In this document: positions 20,534 to 29,129 of the stretch, one piece after another
Layout of the letters: each line of letters begins with the position of its first letter
How positions within the stretch are numbered: position 1 is the first letter of the stretch
Assembly (NCBI RefSeq): GCF_016592615.1
Contig: NZ_AP013043.1
Coordinates: 1-32,000 of the forward strand
Reading direction: 5' to 3'
Length of the DNA: 32,000 nt
DNA from: Isorropodon fossajaponicum endosymbiont JTNG4
GTDB lineage: Bacteria > Pseudomonadota > Gammaproteobacteria > PS1 > Pseudothioglobaceae
The notes under the pieces: generated by a model
Told to the model about the DNA's origin: nothing
Seen by the model: the letters and a program-made list of their open reading frames with translations, nothing else
Database searches by the model: none
Translations under genes and position numbers: made by a program

Positions 20534-21862
20534 ATGAAGGCATTATTTGAACAACAAAAAGACGCCGTTGGCAAAGGCGAAAGAACGCTTTTGGTGTATG
20601 TTGAGTTGCCAAGTAATAGACAATCGCACAATGCCCAAGCTGAATTTAAAGAACTGGCTGGGTCATCAGGTCTGGATATCGTTAAAACCATTAAAGTGAA
20701 TCGTAATTCAGCCTTAGCTCGGTTTTTTATTGGCACAGGCAAGGTTGAAGAAATTGCAATAATGGTAGAGGATTTAGCATTGGACTTGGTGATTTTTTCT
20801 CCTGAATTGTCACCCTCGCAAGAACGTAATTTAGAAAAATCTCTAAAGTGCCAAGTGATGGATAGAACGGGATTAATCTTAGATATCTTTGCTTTGCGTG
20901 CTAGTTCTTTTGAAGGTAAGTTGCAAGTAGAGCTGGCGCAACTTAGGCACTTATCAACACGCTTAGTTCGTGGCTGGACGCATCTTGAGCGCCAAAAAGG
21001 CGGCATTGGGCTACGTGGTCCTGGTGAGACTCAGTTAGAAACCGATAAGCGACTGATTGCTGTGCGCATTAAAAATATTACCAAGCGATTGGACAAAGTA
21101 CACAAACAGCGTGATTTGGGCAGAAAATCACGCACTAAAAATGAATTGCCTATGATTGCTTTAGCAGGTTATACCAATGCAGGCAAATCAACTTTGTTTA
21201 ATACCTTAACCAATGCACAAGTGTTTGCCAATGATCAACTTTTTGCAACCCTTGATTTAACCATTAGACGCGTGATACTGCCTGCGTCTGGAGAAGCAGT
21301 GATTGCTGATACCGTGGGTTTTATTCAAGACTTACCTCATGACCTTGTTGATGCGTTTAAATCCACATTAGAGGAAACTAAGCGTGCTAATGTTTTATTA
21401 CATATTGTTGATGCAGCTGATGAGTACAATATTGAGAAAATTGCTCAAGTTGAAGATATTATTTTTGAGATTGGTGCAAGCACCATCCCAAGTATATTAG
21501 TGATGAATAAAATTGATTGTTTGGATAATTTTGCACCACGCATGGATCATGATGAACATGGGCATATTTATCGAGTTTGGCTTTCAGCACAAACAGGAAA
21601 AGGCGTTGATTTTCTTCATCAAGCCCTAGCCGAACGGCTTAGTGGTATGATGACTCGTGCAAAGATTCACTTGGATGTTAATAGTGCTTATATTCGTAGT
21701 AATATTCATGATATTGGACATATCCATCATGAAAAAGTGGATGATTTTGGGGCTTGGGTACTTGAAATATTTGTTACTAAGCACTATCTATCTAGATTAC
21801 TAAACTTCAAAGGCGTTACATTGCTATGGGAACAGAGCTCACCAACGAACAAATTGATTTAA
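20534..21862 (+). CDS. hflX: GTPase HflX
   Basis: HflX N-domain ('GKVEEI', 'QERNLE', 'DRTGLILDIFA.RA'). G-domain 'GYTNAGKSTLFN', 'DTVGF', 'NKID'. ATG 20534 lies 1 nt after the clpX stop. The ORF opens at 20483. Confidence 0.9.
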   Translation: MKALFEQQKDAVGKGERTLLVYVELPSNRQSHNAQAEFKELAGSSGLDIVKTIKVNRNSALARFFIGTGKVEEIAIMVEDLALDLVIFSPELSPSQERNLEKSLKCQVMDRTGLILDIFALRASSFEGKLQVELAQLRHLSTRLVRGWTHLERQKGGIGLRGPGETQLETDKRLIAVRIKNITKRLDKVHKQRDLGRKSRTKNELPMIALAGYTNAGKSTLFNTLTNAQVFANDQLFATLDLTIRRVILPASGEAVIADTVGFIQDLPHDLVDAFKSTLEETKRANVLLHIVDAADEYNIEKIAQVEDIIFEIGASTIPSILVMNKIDCLDNFAPRMDHDEHGHIYRVWLSAQTGKGVDFLHQALAERLSGMMTRAKIHLDVNSAYIRSNIHDIGHIHHEKVDDFGAWVLEIFVTKHYLSRLLNFKGVTLLWEQSSPTNKLI

Positions 21863-24162
21863 GCAAAGGTAATATTCCACTATTGCCCTTAAGAGATGTG
21901 GTGGTTTTCCCCCATACCGTTATGCCATTATTTGTTGGCAGAAAAACCTCTGTTAATGCAATTACTCAAGCAATGGGTACCAATAAATACATTTTTTTAG
22001 TGACTCAAAAAGATGATAAAGTAGAAGAACCTTTGAATGATGATTTGTATCAAGTGGGCACGTTAGCGACTATTCTACAAATGTTAAAATTACCCGATGG
22101 CACCATCAAGGTTTTGGTTGAAGGAGTCAGACGTGCTAAGATTGAACAAATTGTACAAGTTGATGGTTTTTCTGAGGTGAGTTTAAGTGAATTTAGCTTA
22201 AAGTCAAATGATGATACTGAAATAAAAGCAATGATGCGCTTGGCGTTAGGTGGTTTCGAGAATTATATTAAGTTAAATAAAAGAGTGCCAGAAGAGGTAC
22301 TCAAAGTGTTACAAGAAGTGAGCGATGTTGAGCGTTTTAGTGATGTTATTATTGCCAATCTAAACCTTAAGGTGTCTGAGAAACAAGCCTTGTTAGGTGA
22401 TGATAATGCCCAAGATAGGCTTAATAAAATCTTATCGGTCATTCAAGGCGAGATTGATGTATTAGGCACTGAGAAGAAAATTCAATCACGCGTTCGTAAG
22501 CAAATGGAATCCAATCAACGTGATTATTATTTGAATGAACAAATGAAGTCCATTCAAAAAGAGTTGGGTCAGGCTGAAGATGAAAATGAAATTGAGGAGT
22601 TGCAAGCCAGTATCAACAAGGCTAAGATGTCAAAAGAGGCTAAGAAAAAAGCACAAAGCGAGTTAAAAAAACTTTCTCGCATGTCATCACACTCATCTGA
22701 TGCCTCTATTATTCGCACTTATATTGAAAACTTGTGCGATACGCCATGGAAAAAGAAAACCGTTATTAACAAGGATCTTAATAAGGCGCAAAAAATTCTT
22801 GATGATGATCACTATGGCTTGGATAAAGTTAAAGAGCGTATCTTGGAGCATTTAGCAGTGCAAACACGTGTGACTCATAACAGGGCTAATATTTTGTGCT
22901 TGGTGGGCCCTCCGGGTGTGGGTAAAACCTCTTTAGGCGAATCCATTGCTAAAGCAGTTAATCGTAAATACGTTCGCATGGCACTTGGTGGTGTTCGAGA
23001 TGAGGCAGAAATTCGTGGCCATAGGCGTACTTATATTGGCGCTATGCCAGGCTCAATCATACAAAAAATGCAAAAAGCAAAGGTTAAAAACCCACTTTTT
23101 TTGTTAGATGAGATTGAAAAAATGGCAAGTGATTATCGTGGCGATCCTTCTTCGGCGATGTTAGAGGTATTAGACCCAGAACAAAACCACACTTTTAATG
23201 ATCATTATTTAGAGGTCGACTATGACTTATCACAAGTCATGTTTGTAGCAACTGCTAACTCACTTGATTTGCCACAGCCACTTTTAGACAGAATGGAAAT
23301 TATTGAATTGGCTGGCTATACCGAAGATGAAAAAGTTGAAATTGCCAAGCGTCATTTAATTAAAAAAGCAATGAATGGCAATGGCATTAAGGACAGTGAA
23401 ATTAAGTTTCAAGATGGCGCTATTTTAGACATGATTCGCTATTACACACGTGAAGCGGGTGTGCGTGGTTTGAGTAGGACGATTAGCACCATTTGTCGAA
23501 AGGTTGTTAAAGAAGTGGTTTTAAAAAAACGTAAAACTAAAGCCAATATTGACGTTACAAGTTTGGAAAAATATTTAGGTGTGAGGAAGTTTCGTTTTGG
23601 ACTGGCTGAACAAAATAATCAAGTGGGCGAAGTAACAGGGCTTGCTTGGACTTCGGTGGGAGGGGATTTATTAACCATTGAGGCGACAGCTTATAAAGGC
23701 AAAGGCAAACTCAACTATACAGGCCAATTAGGCGATGTTATGCAAGAATCAATCCAAGCAGCAAAATCTGTAGTTAGAAGTAGAGCCAAGAAATTTGGCA
23801 TTGATGAGAATTTTGATGAAAAACTAGATATTCACATTCACGTACCTGATGGCGCAACGCCAAAAGATGGGCCTAGTGCAGGTGCAGCGATGACAACAGC
23901 ATTGGTATCAGTACTCACAGGTAGAAAGGTCAAAGCCGATGTTGCTATGACAGGGGAGATCACACTTCGAGGTGAAGTCACCCCAATTGGGGGACTAAAG
24001 GAGAAAATGTTAGCCGCATTGCGTGGTGGTATTAAAACAGTGATTATCCCTGATGATAACGAGCGTGAATTGTCTGAAGTGCCTGAGAAAATCAAAGGCA
24101 AGCTTAAGATTATTCAAGTGAAGTGGATTGATGAAGTGTTGGATATTGCTTTGGAAAAATAA
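21826..24162 (+). CDS. lon: ATP-dependent protease Lon
   Basis: N-terminus 'LPLLPLRDVVVFPH', Walker A 'GPPGVGKTS', catalytic 'PKDGPSAG' and 'GGLKEKMLAA'. It overlaps the hflX 3' end by 37 nt. Confidence 0.96.
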   Translation: MGTELTNEQIDLSKGNIPLLPLRDVVVFPHTVMPLFVGRKTSVNAITQAMGTNKYIFLVTQKDDKVEEPLNDDLYQVGTLATILQMLKLPDGTIKVLVEGVRRAKIEQIVQVDGFSEVSLSEFSLKSNDDTEIKAMMRLALGGFENYIKLNKRVPEEVLKVLQEVSDVERFSDVIIANLNLKVSEKQALLGDDNAQDRLNKILSVIQGEIDVLGTEKKIQSRVRKQMESNQRDYYLNEQMKSIQKELGQAEDENEIEELQASINKAKMSKEAKKKAQSELKKLSRMSSHSSDASIIRTYIENLCDTPWKKKTVINKDLNKAQKILDDDHYGLDKVKERILEHLAVQTRVTHNRANILCLVGPPGVGKTSLGESIAKAVNRKYVRMALGGVRDEAEIRGHRRTYIGAMPGSIIQKMQKAKVKNPLFLLDEIEKMASDYRGDPSSAMLEVLDPEQNHTFNDHYLEVDYDLSQVMFVATANSLDLPQPLLDRMEIIELAGYTEDEKVEIAKRHLIKKAMNGNGIKDSEIKFQDGAILDMIRYYTREAGVRGLSRTISTICRKVVKEVVLKKRKTKANIDVTSLEKYLGVRKFRFGLAEQNNQVGEVTGLAWTSVGGDLLTIEATAYKGKGKLNYTGQLGDVMQESIQAAKSVVRSRAKKFGIDENFDEKLDIHIHVPDGATPKDGPSAGAAMTTALVSVLTGRKVKADVAMTGEITLRGEVTPIGGLKEKMLAALRGGIKTVIIPDDNERELSEVPEKIKGKLKIIQVKWIDEVLDIALEK

Positions 24163-24174
24163 TAGTTAATCTAT

Positions 24175-24200
24175 AAAAAAGCACTCATTGAGTGCTTTTT
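24175..24200. terminator. Bidirectional rho-independent terminator between lon and the convergent DsrE-like gene
   Basis: AAAAAA-GCACTC-ATT-GAGTGC-TTTTT. Confidence 0.75.
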
Positions 24201-24206
24201 AAAAAC

Positions 24207-24623
24207 TTAAGGGCGAATGTAGGAATAGCCTTGTTGTTGCAATTTCCCAATGCGAACCACACCAGAAGGCACGATGTTAACCCCATCTGTTAGGGTTGGA
24301 AATTTGCCTTTTTTGCGCTTAACGGCTTTCATTGTATTGTGACAAGCGCTAAAAATAATGTTATTCATTGCCATAGATTCAACACGATCAGTATTTTTAT
24401 TGCTTTGGGTTAATAGACTTAACCCAGGACCGTAAGCCACAATTTCAACATCAACATTGTCAATACCGTAGTGTTTTTGTAAATTAGCGGCGTTATTTAA
24501 AACAATTTTTTGTGTTCTAGCATTATCTATGCTAATGTGAATCACGTATTTCTGATTTGCCGCTTGGGCGTTTAGCGTTAATAGCATAAGTGTTACAATG
24601 CTGAGTAATATTTCTTTCCTCAC
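24207..24623 (-). CDS. Exported DsrE/DsrF-like family protein
   Basis: 138 aa with a GTG start. Signal peptide 'MRKEILLSIVTLMLLTLNAQA'. '..VEIVAYGPGLSLL....FSACHNTM......L..GV.IVPSGVVRIGKLQQQGYSYIRP' matches the small DsrE-like (COG1416-type) fold signature as I recall it. Confidence 0.7.
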   Translation of the reverse strand: MRKEILLSIVTLMLLTLNAQAANQKYVIHISIDNARTQKIVLNNAANLQKHYGIDNVDVEIVAYGPGLSLLTQSNKNTDRVESMAMNNIIFSACHNTMKAVKRKKGKFPTLTDGVNIVPSGVVRIGKLQQQGYSYIRP

Positions 24624-24845
24624 TATGGTTAAAAAATATCTTTTGATAAAAAGTAAGTATTATTTTACTTGAATTTATATTATAAGCAAAATACAGCTTT
24701 AGCTGTCAGCTAAGGATACCCTATTTTTACTAAGGATACTCCTGACTAAACCCAACACAAATCAGTACAATCTACCACTAGTTTTAAAAATACTGCTATA
24801 TAAGTAATAATTGAATTATACAATCCTAGGCCGTCTTTACAAATA

Positions 24846-24924
24846 TTAGATTAAGTGGTATATTCATTGGCATATATTTGAATATATACTAGTATCTCTG
24901 TAAAAATATATACCACTTAACTAA
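24846..24924. repeat. Inverted repeat (13-bp perfect core, about 17 bp imperfect) separated by 44 nt
   Basis: TTAAGTGGTATAT (24851-24863) and ATATACCACTTAA (24908-24920). The arms extend to TTAGA.. and ..ACTAA. The repeat sits immediately upstream of the IS256-family fragment. Confidence 0.7.
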
Positions 24925-24941
24925 TTTAACGAGAACTATCA

Positions 24942-25115
24942 ATGCTTACAGACCCTAAAACCGTCAAAGGCAATCATGGTGAAGTTGAACTTGCTATCCC
25001 AAGAGACCGCAGAGGTAGCTTTGAACCTTTAATTATTGAAAAAGGTCAAACGCCGATTGGGTGCTTTTGATAGTCAGATATTAAGCCTATATGCCAAAGG
25101 CATAGGTACCCGTGA
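24942..25115 (+). mobile_element. IS256-family (mutator-type) transposase internal fragment, left part, interrupted by an IS3 insertion
   Basis: 'GEVELAIPRDRRGSFEPLIIEKGQT' followed, after a frameshift, by 'RRLGAFDSQILSLYAKGIGTRD'. This matches the conserved IS256 transposase block (PRDR.G.F.P......R....D..I..LYAKG.STRDI). The N-terminal third of the transposase is absent. Confidence 0.7.
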
Positions 25116-25181
25116 TTGCAATAGTCTAATTTTATTGGACACAAAGATAGCCTTATAATACAAACCATAAGGAGGTCAGTA

Positions 25182-25533
25182 ATGACACAATATAAATCAA
25201 GAAAACAACGAGTGACTTTTACCGTTGAACATTCTGTTCAATACCCCCTTGAGGGGGGAACACTAGATTATGCCAAACTCATGGTGCATGAGAATTACAC
25301 CAATAAAAAAAATCATGATAATATCAGGAGCTTGCTCCTCAGCAGTTAGCAGATGGAGAAAACAATACCTAGCAGAGCTTGGTGGACAAACACCAGAGTC
25401 AGGCAAAGCGCTGACTTCTGAACAACAAACAATACAACTGCTTGAGAAACAACTTTGGCGCGCACAAAGGGACAATGAAATCTTAAAAAAGGCAACAGCC
25501 TTGTTCGCTGTGGACAATCACCAAGTGATATGA
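25182..25533 (+). pseudogene. IS3-family orfA, frameshifted at an A8 run
   Basis: AAGGAGG RBS at 25169-25175. Frame 0 reads 'MTQYKSRKQR..DYAKLMVHENYT' up to the A8 run (25305-25312). The HTH and leucine zipper ('SSAVSRWRKQY...LLEKQLWRAQRDNEILKKA') then continue in the +1 frame. Confidence 0.8.
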
Positions 25534-26387
25534 TTATCAAGATAAACAAGGCTTGCCAACAATACAATACTAAAGAATTATGAGCATTACTCAAACTTCC
25601 TCGCAGTAGTTATTACTATCAAGTCAAAGATAAGCGAGTAAACAACAACACCAACGCTATGATTAAATTAATCAAACAAACTGCTATTGAAGTTGGATAC
25701 ACCTATGGCAAACGCAGAATGCGAGTAGTTTTGAATAACCAAGGTTATAACATTGGTATTTACCAAACTGCAACGCTAATGAAAAAAGCCAATGTAGTTG
25801 CCATACGCCCAAGAAAGCGTCATTATTACCCTAATACTAGATTGATGTTTAAAAAGGCAAAAAACCTATTAAATCGTGTGTTTGAGCAGCAATCAATTAA
25901 TACGCATTGGGTTGGTGATATTACCTATATCAAAACCTATCAAGGTGGGAGTTATTTAGCCAGTGTGTTGGATTTAGGCTCAAGACAAGTTGTTGGTTGG
26001 GCATTGTCAAAACAGCCTAATGCTCAGTTGGCAAAGGATGCGCTTAGTAATGCTGTGTCTAGACACCAGCCCAATACAAATAAACACATGTTCCACTCTG
26101 ATCAAGGGACTCAATACTCTTCTAAAGTTTTTATTGATTATTGCAACAAGAACAACATTACTCAAAGCATGAGCAGGCGAGGTAATTGTTGGGATAATGC
26201 GGTCATGGAGCGTTTCTTTAGAAGTCTGAAGACTGAGAGATTAAATTATCAAAGTTTTGCAAATCATAGTGAAGTCGTGCAAAATGTAGAGGGTTATATC
26301 TACTTGTATAATTACAAAAGGATTCATTCAGCGATTGGGTATTTAACACCTGCTCAAAAGATGGCTGAATTGAAAAAAGCGGCTTGA
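25491..26387 (+). pseudogene. IS3-family orfB (DDE transposase) with an in-frame TGA
   Basis: The -1 frame after the slippery site reads '..INKACQQYNTKEL*ALLKLPRSSYYY'. The TGA is at 25581-25583, where relatives have Cys. The DDE core is intact downstream ('WVGDITYI', 'LDLGSRQVVGW', 'HSDQGTQY', 'ERFFRSLK'). Confidence 0.8.
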
Positions 26388-26416
26388 AATGTGTCCAAGT
26401 AGGTTAGAGCATTGCA

Positions 26417-26470
26417 TCGAAAAAACTGGTCAACTGCCTGATAAAAATCTACTTTTTGCGATTTTGACAC
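26417..26470 (+). mobile_element. Possible continuation of the IS256-family transposase remnant to the right of the nested IS3
   Basis: The call rests on position only. The sequence after the IS3 right end reads 'SKKLVNCLIKIY..', which resembles the region after 'TRDI' in IS256 transposases only weakly. The extent is uncertain. Confidence 0.3.
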
Positions 26471-26561
26471 TGTTGACCTTTGGCTGGATATTGTCTTTTT
26501 CTGCCTCGCTTGGACATTTAAGCATTGTTTATATTATATTGATGAATCATCGCAAACTAAT

Positions 26562-27668
26562 ATGAAAAGAAAAAAAATATTTTAGCCATATCCAAGAGAA
26601 TATTAATGACCCACATTATTTTGAAATTTATAAAAAAGTCAGAACAGGGAAGCAGGCTAGTCTTAATCATAATAAAAGGTGTGTAAAGAAAATAATCAAA
26701 CAAGAAAAGTCTGCCCATTTTCCTAGTTGCGTTATTAATTTCAAGGAGAAAGTAGACCTTTATAGTTCAGAACATAGTGATACGACAATTAAATATGCCA
26801 ATAAAATTTCTGATGCAAAAACTAAAAGAGTTTTCTTAAATTTTAAAAAAATAGATTTTATGTCGGCTGCTGGCTGCGACTGCCGTACTACTCTTTGCAA
26901 TATATCGAACAAAATCAGCAAATAAGCATATTACTTGCAACTATCCCACAAGCCCTAAAACTTGCGCCATTATGAAGCAAGTCGGAATTTTTGATGCGAT
27001 AGGTAGAATGCCACCAAAAAACTGCAATATAGATGACTTTCCAGATGTTAAACATTGGTATAAATTTGTGGGTGATGCATTGATTGACCCACAAGAAATT
27101 TCTCAAGAAGCGCACAATATAATTGATTTTTGTTGTAATAAAGAAGTGAAAAACATAGATGATTATAGGGATAATTTAGAGTTGAATATTGGGGAAACTA
27201 TATTAAACATTTTTGATCATGCATATGAAAAAAGCATAGGAAAACATTGGGTTTTATTTGCACAGTATACTGTTGATAAAAAATCATTGTGTCTTATTGT
27301 GAGCGACCATGGTATCGGTATTCCAAAAACGTTTTAAAATTATCATGAGCAAGACAGTAAGTGGGATATATTTTGGAATAATCTTACGCCATCACGCCGT
27401 GCTAATGGCTATATAAAAGAATCAATTGAAAGTCTTTTTAAGGTTGACAAAAGGTCAAAGTTATAAAGGTAATTTAACACAAAATAGAGCAGGAAGAGGG
27501 ACAGGGTTGAAGAAAATAAAAGATGAAATAGATAAATATAATTCAGGCTTTTTAAATGTTTATAGCCATGATGGTTTTTATAGTAGTGTAGGTAATAAAT
27601 CAACGTTTAAAACCAAGATTTTTGGCACTATAATTGAAATTGTCATTCCTATCAAGGCATTCGAATAA
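26562..27668 (+). pseudogene. STAS-like / GHKL (histidine-kinase-like) ATPase fusion, pseudogene with at least 4 lesions
   Basis: STAS-like 'RVFLNFKKIDFMSAAG'. GHKL N-box 'GETILNIFDHAYEKS', G1 'VSDHGIGIPKT', G2 'NRAGRGTGLKKI' and 'GTIIEIVIPI'. The lesions are: a frameshift in the A-run at 26571-26577 just after the ATG, a frameshift at about 26870-26900, an in-frame TAA at 27335-27337, and a frameshift at about 27450-27470. Confidence 0.65.
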
Positions 27669-27700
27669 TGTACAATATGTTTTACTTATGCTCCATGTGA

Positions 27701-28036
27701 ATAATAGCAAGCGATAAAACACACACAATTGTAATTGCTGAAGACTTTAGCAAATATACTGGTTATCGTTATAAAAGTCAAAGTGCAGGCTCGTCAGGCG
27801 AAGAATTTAGAGAGGAATTTCTCTTGCCTAGTATCAAAGAGTATACATTTATAAAAGTTGACCTTAATGGTGTTAAGAATAGAATTTTACCCTCGTTTCT
27901 TGAAGAGGCATTTGCAGGACTTGCTCGAAGTAAAAAATGGGATTTAGAAACATTCAAAAAACACATTGAGATTATTTCAGATCGAACCGACTACATTGAA
28001 GATATATATATTTATATAAAAAATACACAAAAATAA
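27701..28036 (+). CDS. DUF4325-type STAS-like protein (no canonical start codon at the homologous N-terminus)
   Basis: The open frame from 27701 reads '..KTHTIVIAEDFSKYTGYRYKSQSAGSSGEEFREEFLLPSIKEYTFIKVDLNGVKNRILPSFLEEAFAGLAR..'. This matches my recollection of DUF4325 proteins (I.I.EDFS..PG.RY...G..SGE.FR....L.......V.LDF.GV.....SFL.EAF..L). The ORF track starts only at TTG 27824. No ATG or GTG is in frame between 27701 and 27823. Confidence 0.6.
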   Translation: MIASDKTHTIVIAEDFSKYTGYRYKSQSAGSSGEEFREEFLLPSIKEYTFIKVDLNGVKNRILPSFLEEAFAGLARSKKWDLETFKKHIEIISDRTDYIEDIYIYIKNTQK

Positions 28037-28431
28037 TGCCTTGGTTTTTGGAAAATATTCTTATTCCAATAGTTATATCGCTAGTATTTATGTGGAGTAG
28101 TGAAGATATATGAATCAGGTAAATCGTTGCAATAGTTTTCAAAAATATATTAAAAAAATTAAAAATTTATTAATATTAACCAACCACTCCGGGTAATTTT
28201 AATGAAGATAAAGAGGCTGAAATTGCACTAGCTATAGATAATTTATTATCCAATTTGAGTTTAAAAAATAAAAAACAGAATAATGAGGTAAAAGAAAAAC
28301 TTAGTGGCATTAGGAGGAACTTGTCCACTTTAAGCAAAAACATAAAAGAGCAATTATATCAAGAGACATCCGCATTAATGATTGAAAATTTAGGCAGTCT
28401 TCTTAAAGAAGTAAAGCGCAAACATTTCTAG
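28036..28431 (+). pseudogene. Small membrane-anchored coiled-coil protein, split over three frames
   Basis: ATG 28036 overlaps the upstream stop (TAATG). It encodes 'MPWFLENILIPIVISLVFMWSSEDI*', a single hydrophobic helix. The sequence continues in shifted frames as 'MNQVNRCNSFQKYIKKIKNLLILTNHSG*' and 'GNFNEDKEAEIALAIDNLLSNLSLKNKK..LMIENLGSLLKEVKRKHF*'. I do not recognise the family. Confidence 0.3.
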
Positions 28432-28482
28432 TTTATTTATTGAATTTTTGACAAACAGAACTACCTCTACTTATTATCTTTG

Positions 28483-28832
28483 CTAGCTTTTGTCAGCTTG
28501 ATGACTTTTCTCTAAACTATTTTCTCTCCGATTTTCCATCTCCAGCATATGTTGGCTTTGTTTAAAACTCCTAACCTGTTTTTGATTAATAACCCCATTG
28601 TTAAGAGCTTGTTTCAATTCATTATCATGAATTGACTGATGCGCCTGTTTAAGGCTATTTCTGCTAATGGCATATGCTTTTTTTGCTTGGCTTCTTTACG
28701 TTCACCTAGAAAATCGGTATTTTTGTTAAGATTTTCTCTATCTTGCACATAACAACTGTTTACATACTTAAAAGAAGTAAATTTTTCTTTTGTAGTATTA
28801 TCTTTTGGATTAAAAACAGTCTCTGTAGCCAT
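28483..28832 (-). CDS. Hypothetical protein, possibly frameshifted at a homopolymer
   Basis: The 72-aa ORF at 28614-28832 starts 'MATETVFNPKDNTTKEKF..'. At the T7 run (28678-28684, which is A7 on the coding strand) an alternative frame continues as '..KAYAISRNSLKQAHQSIHDNELKQALNNGVINQKQVRSFKQSQHMLEMENRRENSLEKSHQADKS*' down to 28483. I do not recognise any family. Confidence 0.35.
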
Positions 28833-28875
28833 GCCGATATTATAATATACCCAATCAATTTAACTTACTATTTTA

Positions 28876-29073
28876 ATGTCCCATAAAAAATTTGACGATG
28901 ATTTTATCAATATTGCCAATAATATGGGTGTTCCTTTGTACGGCAGATTTGACACCAAAGGAGCTGGTTTGTTTTTACGCACCAGTGAAAAAGAGCTAGA
29001 AAGTTTAATTACCAGCAATCAAATCAATTACATCAAATCCAAAAATTATGGGTTTTTGGCTATCAGTTGGTAG
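28876..29073 (+). CDS. Hypothetical protein with a possible excisionase/MerR-type helix-turn-helix
   Basis: 'DTKGAGLFLRTSEKELESLITSNQINYIKSK' resembles HTH_17/Xis-type motifs (A..L.vS..tL..li..g.i.y.k). The frame appears to shift near 29050 into '..GYQLVEYLLSQ..'. Confidence 0.3.
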   Translation: MSHKKFDDDFINIANNMGVPLYGRFDTKGAGLFLRTSEKELESLITSNQINYIKSKNYGFLAISW

Positions 29074-29129
29074 AGTATTTACTCAGTCAAACAACACAAA
29101 ATAACATCACACCTAACACCAATGATAAA

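Larger units (their letters stand above)
25116..26416 (+). mobile_element. IS3-family insertion sequence, second type, defective copy nested in the IS256 remnant
   Basis: Left end TGCAATAGTCTAATTTTATTGGACACA (25116-). Right end TGTGTCCAAGTAGGTTAGAGCATTGCA (ending at 26416). TG..CA termini, orfA/orfB organisation, and the slippery site A_AAA_AAG at 25485-25491. Confidence 0.85.

Noticed and set aside
20416-21006. A 196-aa minus-strand ORF.
   Set aside because: It lies entirely antisense to the 5' part of hflX and the end of clpX, both of which carry strong conserved motifs. The same reasoning applies to the other short antisense ORFs inside dnaA, dnaN, gyrB, the AddB-like gene, engB, tig, clpX and lon (for example 672-887, 2011-2205, 4245-4463, 13198-13440, 15759-16019, 17323-17652 and 23838-24101).
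25244-25258. A C5-TTGA-G6 palindrome, which is conspicuous in an AT-rich background.
   Set aside because: It lies inside the IS3 orfA coding frame ('YPLEGG') and is probably just element sequence. There is no evidence for a separate function. It could be re-examined if it is conserved in all copies of the IS.
26509-26537. TTGGAC-17 nt-TATTAT upstream of the GHKL ATPase pseudogene, considered as a possible promoter.
   Set aside because: The -35 is only a moderate match and coincides with a TTGGACA motif that is also present in the IS3 terminal repeats. It cannot be distinguished from chance or an IS scar without transcript data.
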